A stretch of DNA of 40,533 nt from a virus, in IMG/VR virus record IMGVR_UViG_3300044562_000007. One strand, 5' to 3'. Below are positions 32,923 through 39,636 of this stretch, piece after piece; position 1 is the first letter of the stretch; every line of letters begins with the position of its first letter. The notes below the pieces were generated by a model. It was not told where the DNA came from, searched no databases, and saw nothing but the letters and a program-made list of their open reading frames with translations. The position numbers and the translations under genes were made by a program.

Positions 32923-33474
32923 ATGCCACGAGTGCGCAGATGCCGTTTCCCAAACTGTCATGAGTTTGCCTTTATGCCAAACCATTATTGCAAGAAACAC
33001 ATTGAACACGAAAAAGAATTTCGAGAACGCAATGAACGTTTCCGCCATAAACGCAGCAAGCAGTCACAATGGCGCTACAATCACATTACACGTTACCGTA
33101 ATCCAGTTAAAGCGGAACAAAACAGGTTTTATCATTCAAAACAATGGCGTGAGATGCGATCAATAGTCTTTAAACGTGATTACCATCTATGCCAGTATTG
33201 CAAGACTAGAGGTCAGTTAACCGAAGGTAACATTGTAGATCACGTGCTACCAGTTGAAAGGTATCCAGAACATATGAAAGACTTAGATAACATGGTCACC
33301 TGCTGTGGAAGATGCCACTACTGGAAGACACGTTTTGAAGAGCAATATTACGGGACTGGTCTGCATGGTAAACCAACGAATAATCCACCACTAACGGACG
33401 TAAAATTGATTGCTAAATTATCACAAAGACTTACTAACGAACGACACCGTACAAGCCCATATAATCGTTCCTAA
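32923..33474 (+). CDS. HNH endonuclease (terminase-associated)
   Basis: CQYC...DHVLP...N..TCCGRCH is an HNH/zinc motif. The gene lies directly upstream of terS, as in cos-type HK97-like packaging modules. Confidence 0.9.
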   Translation: MPRVRRCRFPNCHEFAFMPNHYCKKHIEHEKEFRERNERFRHKRSKQSQWRYNHITRYRNPVKAEQNRFYHSKQWREMRSIVFKRDYHLCQYCKTRGQLTEGNIVDHVLPVERYPEHMKDLDNMVTCCGRCHYWKTRFEEQYYGTGLHGKPTNNPPLTDVKLIAKLSQRLTNERHRTSPYNRS

Positions 33475-33514
33475 GCGGTTTTAATATTGGCACTTATGAT
33501 TACACATGACGCTG

Positions 33515-33585
33515 ATTTTTTTTGCCCCCGCCCTCGTTTTGGACGTTAGGGAGCCGCATCCGTGTCGTTCGCTTGTGTCACAAAC
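33515..33585. other. Candidate cos region
   Basis: A locally GC-rich tract (GCCCCCGCCCTCG at 33524..33536, plus GGGAGCCGCATCCGTGTCGTTCGC) in the HNH-terS intergenic space. Confidence 0.4.
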
Positions 33586-33619
33586 AAAATTTTGAAAGTT
33601 TTTGAAAGGGGGCTGAAAC

Positions 33620-34072
33620 ATGAACAAAGTTGATCTATCAAAGCCAAAAGTACCTAATCAAGCACCTAAATGGCTTGGAACTTACGGCAAATACCTGTAC
33701 CCAAAGCTTGCCACTTATCTAAATAAGAATGACAAAATCTTACGAGCTGATGAATATTTACTTCAACAATACTGTTCAGCCTACGACACCTACCGCATGG
33801 CTTATGACGATATTCAAGAACATGGTATTCAGCAACCTATCTATAAAACCGTCATTTCTCCTGTGGATGGAAAGGTGGCAGCTAAGAACTTTCAAGGATA
33901 CAAGAAAAATCCAGCTTATCAGATTATGTCTGATTCGCTAAAGCAGATGAACACGATAGGTAAAGAACTGGGCTTAAGTCCAAAAGCTAGAAACCAGTTA
34001 ATGGAACTGAATACACCTAAAAATGATGATGCTAAATCAGCTGTTGCAAGTTTAAAGGAGTTTTTCGCATAA
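33620..34072 (+). CDS. terS: Terminase small subunit (P27-like family)
   Basis: 150 aa with PKWLGTYGKYLYPKLATYL...LLQQYCSAYDTY, typical of P27-type small terminases. It lies between the HNH and terL genes. Confidence 0.8.
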   Translation: MNKVDLSKPKVPNQAPKWLGTYGKYLYPKLATYLNKNDKILRADEYLLQQYCSAYDTYRMAYDDIQEHGIQQPIYKTVISPVDGKVAAKNFQGYKKNPAYQIMSDSLKQMNTIGKELGLSPKARNQLMELNTPKNDDAKSAVASLKEFFA

Positions 34073-34076
34073 AAAA

Positions 34077-34094
34077 ACGACCATTATCGGTCGT
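34077..34094 (-). terminator. Hairpin terminator (minus-strand T-run; may also attenuate terS read-through)
   Basis: Stem ACGACC / GGTCGT with a 6-nt loop. On the minus strand it is followed by TTTTTTT. Confidence 0.55.
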
Positions 34095-34221
34095 CTTCAT
34101 TTAGCATTTTTTGTACTGCTTCTTCTATCAGATTAGCTGCACTTGTATGTTTCTTTATTGCTAGAATTTTCAGTTTTTCAATTAAGTTTTCATCTAAAGT
34201 GGTAGTAAATTTTTTCTTCAT
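34084..34221 (-). CDS. Ribbon-helix-helix (CopG/Arc/MetJ-like) DNA-binding protein, 45 aa (not in the ORF track)
   Basis: Translation: MKKKFTTTLDENLIEKLKILAIKKHTSAANLIEEAVQKMLNEDDR. The layout is a beta-strand, helix, helix. GGAG RBS lies 7 nt upstream. Confidence 0.65.
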   Translation of the reverse strand: MKKKFTTTLDENLIEKLKILAIKKHTSAANLIEEAVQKMLNEDDR

Positions 34222-34242
34222 AATTATTCTCCTTACTTTTTA

Positions 34243-34292
34243 ATTATATCACTAATACGTATCTTGTCATTATACGTAAATACGTATATAAT
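34243..34292. promoter_or_regulatory. Back-to-back divergent promoters with TACGTA palindromic operators
   Basis: Plus strand: TTGTCA (34264..34269), 17 nt, TATAAT (34287..34292). Minus strand: ATGACA (34270..34265), 16 nt, TGATATAAT (34251..34243). Palindromes are ATACGTAT at 34255..34262 and TATACGTA-AA-TACGTATA at 34271..34288. Confidence 0.55.
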
Positions 34293-34311
34293 ATATGTGA
34301 GGTGAGAAATA

Positions 34312-35655
34312 ATGCCAAAAAGAAAAACAAATGCAGAATTTAGAAAACAAGTCTTTGATTTAGTTGGTGATGAATATGAATTCTTAGAGCCGTACCAAGG
34401 TCGTAAATTTAAAATTTGGGTTAGACATAATAAATGTAAAAGAAATTATAAAACAACGCCTGATACATTTTTATGTGGTTCTCGATGCCCATATTGTGCG
34501 AGAAAAATAAATTCCGAAAAGCACAGAAAAAGCCCAGAACAGTTTGCAAAAGAAGTTTTCAAATTAGTGGGTAATGAATACACTTTTTTAGAACCATATA
34601 AAGGTGTAGATATTAAAATTAAAGTTAAACATAATTTGTGTGGAAACATTTATGAGGTAACTCCGGATAATTTTTTAAGAGGTAAAAGATGTCCTTATGA
34701 GATGACAGGTTATCGCAAGCAAATGACTGAAAAAATCAACAAAAAATTAGCAATTAAGCATTTGCAATTAGTTCATTCATATAGTGGATCAGCACATAGA
34801 CTTTTAATCTTTTGCCAAAAATGTCATTTGTATTTTTATAGTTATTATTATTCAATAAAAGACAATTCAATAAGTTGCCCATTTTGTCACAAAAATAAAA
34901 TGGTTTCTATATGGGATGAATTTATGTTTAAAAAATATTTAGCCAAAGAAACTAAAAATGAATACAAATTAATTTCTTCTTTCGATGGAGTTGATAAACC
35001 TATAAAGCTACTACATATTAAATGCGGACATATATATAAGGTGAGACCAGCAGGATTTATAAGAGGATTTAGATGTGCTTTTTGTCGCTATAAAAAATTA
35101 AGCCAAAAATTTAGAATGTCACAAGAAAATTTTGCTAAAAGAATGCAACAAAAACATGGCAATGAATATGAAATTTTGGGTAAATACATTAACGCAAAAA
35201 CTAAAATAAAGTTTTTACATAGAAATTGTGGTAGAACTTTTTACACAGTGCCATATAGTATTTTAAATGGAACTGGATGCCCTTATTGTTGCCAAAGCCA
35301 TGGTGAAAAATTTATAGCTCAATATTTAAAAAAACATTATATTAAATATAATATTCAAAAGAGATTTGAAAATTGTAGAAATAAACGATCACTACCATTT
35401 GACTTTTATTTGCCAACATTGAAAACATGCATAGAATTTGATGGCCAACAGCATTATGAGCCAATAGATTTTTTTGGTGGTCAAATGCAATTTGATAAAC
35501 AACAACAAAATGATGCAATTAAAGATAATTTTTGCCAAAAACATCATATTAGATTAATTCGTATTAGGTATGATCAAAATGTAAATGAAGTTTTAAATCA
35601 TGAATTAAAACCAATTAAAGAATCTATAAATTATAAGCAGTTATCACTTTTATAA
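34312..35655 (+). CDS. Five tandem Zn-ribbon-like modules fused to a C-terminal Vsr/DUF559-like (PD-(D/E)xK-type) endonuclease domain
   Basis: 447 aa. A module of about 55-60 aa repeats five times: F..V..LVG.EY..L..Y.G...KI...H..CG..Y...P..FL.G..CP.C. The C-terminus LPFDFYLPTLKTCIEFDGQQHY...IRLIRI matches the ..DF......E.DG..H signature. Confidence 0.7.
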   Translation: MPKRKTNAEFRKQVFDLVGDEYEFLEPYQGRKFKIWVRHNKCKRNYKTTPDTFLCGSRCPYCARKINSEKHRKSPEQFAKEVFKLVGNEYTFLEPYKGVDIKIKVKHNLCGNIYEVTPDNFLRGKRCPYEMTGYRKQMTEKINKKLAIKHLQLVHSYSGSAHRLLIFCQKCHLYFYSYYYSIKDNSISCPFCHKNKMVSIWDEFMFKKYLAKETKNEYKLISSFDGVDKPIKLLHIKCGHIYKVRPAGFIRGFRCAFCRYKKLSQKFRMSQENFAKRMQQKHGNEYEILGKYINAKTKIKFLHRNCGRTFYTVPYSILNGTGCPYCCQSHGEKFIAQYLKKHYIKYNIQKRFENCRNKRSLPFDFYLPTLKTCIEFDGQQHYEPIDFFGGQMQFDKQQQNDAIKDNFCQKHHIRLIRIRYDQNVNEVLNHELKPIKESINYKQLSLL

Positions 35656-35664
35656 CTGTTTTTT
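35638..35664 (+). terminator. Rho-independent terminator at the end of the nuclease gene
   Basis: Stem CAGTTAT / ATAACTG with a 7-nt loop, followed by TTTTTT. It ends 22 nt before the terL ATG. Confidence 0.65.
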
Positions 35665-35686
35665 ATATGGTGAGGGGAGTGATGAA

Positions 35687-37579
35687 ATGAAAATTGATCT
35701 AACAAAAACTCATGATGTTTTAGGCACTTATAAAGTGATTAATTGGGCTAAGATAAAGAACAAATATCATGATGCTGGGACAAAATATTGCTTTGATGTT
35801 TTAGATGGCAAGAAACAAGCAGGATACAATATTCAGTTAGCTTGTTTTCGCCATTTAAGAGACCTGCAAAGGCAAAACACTAAAGAATTTCCTTATCATT
35901 ATGATATTAAACAAGTAGATCGACTTTTAAAGTTCGCTTCTATTTCGCCTAATGTTGATACTGGTGAGCCTACTAAATTAATGGACTGGCAGAAATTTAT
36001 TTTTAGTCAAATGATGGGCTGGCGTGATCGGGATGATGATAAACGATTTACCAGAGTTATTGTCTCTGTCTCACGTGGGCAAGGGAAAACCTATTTGATG
36101 GCAATTTTAGTAGCTTATAGTTTTCTAATTGAGTCTTTAGGGCTAGAAAACCAAGATTATTTAGTTGCTTCCATTAATTACAAGCAAACTATGAAAATCT
36201 TTGGCTATATTAAATCAATGCTTAGAAAAATTATTAATATTGAGCCATTTAAATCATTAGCTAAAGATGCTGGCTTAGAGCTACAATCTGAACAAATTAT
36301 TGAAAAGAAAACTAATAATATTTTAAGAGCCATTTCTCATGAAGCTGGGCAATACGACTCATATCACTTTAGAACTGCCGTTTTTGATGAAATTGGTGAA
36401 GTGAATACACGGAAAAGAATTTCTAAAATTATTTCTGGTCAAGTTAAGGTTAAAAACCATCAATTTGTGCAGATATCTACTGCTTATCCTGATCCTACAG
36501 TGCCATTTCACGAAGACGAAAAAATGGTTATTCAAGCTATGGAACAAGATTTCAAGCGTGAAGCTGATAGCTATCTAGGTTTAATCTGGTCACAGGACTC
36601 AGAAAATGAAGTTTATGATCCTCAAACATGGATTAAGTCCAATCCGCTTTTAGGCTTGCCAGATCAAAAAGAGAATCTATTGTCTGGCTTAAAAGATAAA
36701 CGTGATAATGACTTATTAACTGGTAATATTGCGGACTTTGAAAACAAGAACTTAAACTTGTGGCTGAAACAGTCAACCACAAGCTACTTAAATCTTAAAG
36801 ATGTTGAAAAGGCTGTTGATGATAGTTTTAAGATTGACGGTTTAAAAGCCTACATGGGCTTGGACTACTCAATGTTTTCAGATAATACAGCGGTTGGTTT
36901 TGCATTTCCTTATACTACTGCTGATGGTGTTCACAAATGGCATATGATGCAGCACTCTTTCATTCCGTGGCGACAAGCTGGGAGCATTGAAGCTAAAGAA
37001 AAACAAGATGGCTTGCCCTATCGTGAGTTAGCTAAGAAAGGCTATTGTACAATTACAGGACATCCACAAGGAATTATTAACCCTGAAGAAGTTTACAAGT
37101 GGATTCTGGACTTCACGCAGAAACATCATTTACAGGTTATCTTCTTCGGTTACGACCGTTATGGTAGTTATCAAGTTAAAAACATTACTGAAAGCTTGAA
37201 TGCCAATACGGATTGGATGATTCAAGATGTTAAACAACAAACAAGTGAGCTAGCTAATCCAACTAAGTTTCTACAAGAATCTTATGCAACTGGTAAAATC
37301 ACTCGTTTTGATGATCCAGTTGAAGAAAAAGCTCTTCTTAATGCTGTTGTTAAAGAAGATAAAATTGGTATTCAAATTGATAAAGTGAAAGCCACACTAA
37401 AGATTGATGTGGTTGATGCTGAAATTGATGCGATGTATCAAGCAATGTATCATTTTGAAGATTATGGCTTGATTAATGATAAGTCGCATGAAGTTGAAAG
37501 AATGACACAGAAGCAAGTACTAGATTGGTTTAACAATCCCAAATCTGGATTGCTGGGAGATGATTATTATTCTGATTAA
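35687..37579 (+). CDS. terL: Terminase large subunit
   Basis: 630 aa with the ATPase P-loop-like VSVSRGQGKT and a C-terminal nuclease region. It lies upstream of the portal gene. Confidence 0.95.
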   Translation: MKIDLTKTHDVLGTYKVINWAKIKNKYHDAGTKYCFDVLDGKKQAGYNIQLACFRHLRDLQRQNTKEFPYHYDIKQVDRLLKFASISPNVDTGEPTKLMDWQKFIFSQMMGWRDRDDDKRFTRVIVSVSRGQGKTYLMAILVAYSFLIESLGLENQDYLVASINYKQTMKIFGYIKSMLRKIINIEPFKSLAKDAGLELQSEQIIEKKTNNILRAISHEAGQYDSYHFRTAVFDEIGEVNTRKRISKIISGQVKVKNHQFVQISTAYPDPTVPFHEDEKMVIQAMEQDFKREADSYLGLIWSQDSENEVYDPQTWIKSNPLLGLPDQKENLLSGLKDKRDNDLLTGNIADFENKNLNLWLKQSTTSYLNLKDVEKAVDDSFKIDGLKAYMGLDYSMFSDNTAVGFAFPYTTADGVHKWHMMQHSFIPWRQAGSIEAKEKQDGLPYRELAKKGYCTITGHPQGIINPEEVYKWILDFTQKHHLQVIFFGYDRYGSYQVKNITESLNANTDWMIQDVKQQTSELANPTKFLQESYATGKITRFDDPVEEKALLNAVVKEDKIGIQIDKVKATLKIDVVDAEIDAMYQAMYHFEDYGLINDKSHEVERMTQKQVLDWFNNPKSGLLGDDYYSD

Positions 37580-37751
37580 GACATTATTTAAAAATATTTG
37601 GAAATTCTTAGATGTATTGTTTTATGTTTTAGGCTTTGGTTCAATAGTCGGAGCCTTATTTTTATGGTCGCCAATTGCAGGTTGGATAGGTTTAGGAATT
37701 GCATTAATTTTGACTGGCTTATTGATTGATTTGCTTCCAAAAGATAAGTAG
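37560..37751 (+). CDS. Small membrane protein (2 TM), hypothetical
   Basis: 63 aa, very hydrophobic, between terL and the portal gene. Confidence 0.45.
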   Translation: MIIILIKTLFKNIWKFLDVLFYVLGFGSIVGALFLWSPIAGWIGLGIALILTGLLIDLLPKDK

Positions 37752-37767
37752 GAAGGAGGTGAATTAG

Positions 37768-38922
37768 ATGCCAGTTTTTAATTTTAATAAGAATTCAAGG
37801 CAGACAGTTGACTTAGATTCAACTGACTTTATTGATTACTTGACTGGTGGAAATAATGCAAAGTATGTAACTGCTGATCAGGCATTACAGAATTCTGACT
37901 TGTATTCTTTGATTTCTCAGCTCTCTGCTGATTTAGCGCTGGTGGTTTTTCGGACTCCCTCGCAAAGAATACAAAAATTTCTAGCTAATCCAAGCACAGA
38001 TACAAATGGATTTAGTTTTTGGCAAGGCATGTTTGCTCAATTGCTGTTAGATGGAAATGCCTATGCTTACCGTTGGCAAAATGACAATGGCGTGGATTTA
38101 TATTGGGAAGGTTTAAGACCCTCACAGGTCAATGTTTATAAGGATTTAGACGGTCAAGGTTTACTTTATGATGTTGACTTTGATGAGCCCAACATTGGAG
38201 CAATCAGTAATATCCCACAAGGCGAAATGATTCATTTTAGATTAATGTCTAAAAATTCGATTGGCATTAAAGGATATTCTCCATTGCGTGCTTTAACAGA
38301 CGAACTTGCAATTAAGAATAAATCTAACGATTTAACTAAAAGTGCATTAGATCAATCAGTTATGGCACCAGGGATTTTGACAATTCAAGGCGGTGGTTTG
38401 CTTGATGAAGGCAAGAAAGCTGCCAGAAGCCGTGCTTTTGTTAGACAACAGAAAAGCTCTGTTAATGGTCCAATCGTCTTAGATGATCTTGAAACTTATC
38501 AACCACTTGAAATCAAAAGCGATGTTGCTAAGCTATTGGCTCAAGTAGATTGGACTAGCAAACAAATTGCTAAAGTCTATGGCTTACCAGATAGCTATTT
38601 AAACGGTGCTGGTGATCAACAGTCTAATCTTGATCAAGAAAATAATCAGTATGCTAAAGCCTTGAAACGCTTTATTGGTCCTATTGTTAGTGAACTTAAC
38701 AATAAATTGAATACTACTGTTACTCCTGACATGCGTCCATCTGTGGATGCTATTGGTGATAGTTTTGCAGGCAGGATTTCAAATATGGTGAAGGATAATG
38801 CGATTTCTGCCACTCAAGCCCAATTTATTTTGAAGAGATTAGGTTATTTTCCACAAGATTTGCCTGCATATCAACCACAGGAAGGAAGTGAAAGCAATGA
38901 AAACAATTCAAATGAAGGGTGA
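37768..38922 (+). CDS. Portal protein (HK97 family)
   Basis: 384 aa between terL and the prohead protease, with an AGGAAGGAGGTGA RBS. Confidence 0.9.
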   Translation: MPVFNFNKNSRQTVDLDSTDFIDYLTGGNNAKYVTADQALQNSDLYSLISQLSADLALVVFRTPSQRIQKFLANPSTDTNGFSFWQGMFAQLLLDGNAYAYRWQNDNGVDLYWEGLRPSQVNVYKDLDGQGLLYDVDFDEPNIGAISNIPQGEMIHFRLMSKNSIGIKGYSPLRALTDELAIKNKSNDLTKSALDQSVMAPGILTIQGGGLLDEGKKAARSRAFVRQQKSSVNGPIVLDDLETYQPLEIKSDVAKLLAQVDWTSKQIAKVYGLPDSYLNGAGDQQSNLDQENNQYAKALKRFIGPIVSELNNKLNTTVTPDMRPSVDAIGDSFAGRISNMVKDNAISATQAQFILKRLGYFPQDLPAYQPQEGSESNENNSNEG

Positions 38923-39616
38923 AGTCATTCCTGATGACTATTCAGATGTTTATGACTGGTTAAATTATCAATACTTTAGTCCAAAATCTGTCACTGATGC
39001 TTTAAAAAATGCTAATGGTGAAGATGTAACTTTAGAAATCAATTCACCAGGTGGCTATATCGATGCAGGTTCTGAAATTTATACAGAACTAATGGAATAT
39101 CAAGGCAAAATTAATGCTAATATTGTTGGCTATGCTTGTTCTGCTGCAAGCTGGATTGCATTAGCGGCTGATCATGTTGCAATGTCACCAACTGCACAAA
39201 TGATGATTCATAGAGCCAGTGGTGGCGCTATTGGTAATAGTTCTGATATGAAGAGCGAATACAATGCATTAGATCAAATGGATAAGTCTTTTGTTGATTT
39301 ATATGCCAAACGAACAGGTAAGTCACCAAATGAAATTTATCAAATGATGGTTGATACTACTTGGATGAATGCAAAAACCGCTGTTGAAAATGGTTTTGCA
39401 GATGAAGTGATGTTTGAAAACAAAGAACCAGCGTTAGTTAATGCTGATGGTTCTTTATCAGTAAAACCAGAAATGATCAATAAGATCAAGAATCTACTCC
39501 ATCGTGATTCTAATCTAGGCAAAAAGACCAATGATGTCTCTAAACCCATTGAAAACAAAGAAAAACAACCAAAGAAGAGCAAGAAAAATGATCTTGCTCT
39601 TTTACTTTGGTCTTAA
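38897..39616 (+). CDS. Prohead maturation protease (ClpP-like, S14 family)
   Basis: INSPGGYIDAGSEIY...GYACSAASWIALAADH...MIHRASGG is a ClpP-type motif. ATG 38897 is preferred over the track GTG 38888. Confidence 0.9.
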   Translation: MKTIQMKGEVIPDDYSDVYDWLNYQYFSPKSVTDALKNANGEDVTLEINSPGGYIDAGSEIYTELMEYQGKINANIVGYACSAASWIALAADHVAMSPTAQMMIHRASGGAIGNSSDMKSEYNALDQMDKSFVDLYAKRTGKSPNEIYQMMVDTTWMNAKTAVENGFADEVMFENKEPALVNADGSLSVKPEMINKIKNLLHRDSNLGKKTNDVSKPIENKEKQPKKSKKNDLALLLWS

Positions 39617-39636
39617 TTTAGGAAAGGTGGTCCCAA

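Larger units (their letters stand above)
34073..35664. mobile_element. Putative free-standing homing-endonuclease-like cassette inserted between terS and terL
   Basis: It interrupts the usually contiguous terS-terL pair. It has its own divergent promoters and hairpin terminators at both ends. Sampled 60-nt windows are very AT-rich. Confidence 0.4.

Noticed and set aside
32894-33166. ORF 32894..33166 (+), overlapping the start of the HNH gene in another frame; likewise 33729..33941 inside terS, 34446..34649 (-) inside the nuclease gene and 36359..36547 (-) inside terL
   Set aside because: The overlapping frames with clear HNH, terminase and Zn-ribbon motifs explain the coding potential. These alternatives lack an RBS and any motif.
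34084-35655. The RHH protein and nuclease read as a type II toxin-antitoxin pair
   Set aside because: Type II TA genes are normally co-directional and translationally coupled, with a small toxin. Here the genes are divergent, the large protein has a modular DNA-recognition array, and the locus sits in a homing-endonuclease-typical position. A regulator-plus-nuclease cassette fits better, although TA-like addiction via control of terL is discussed separately.
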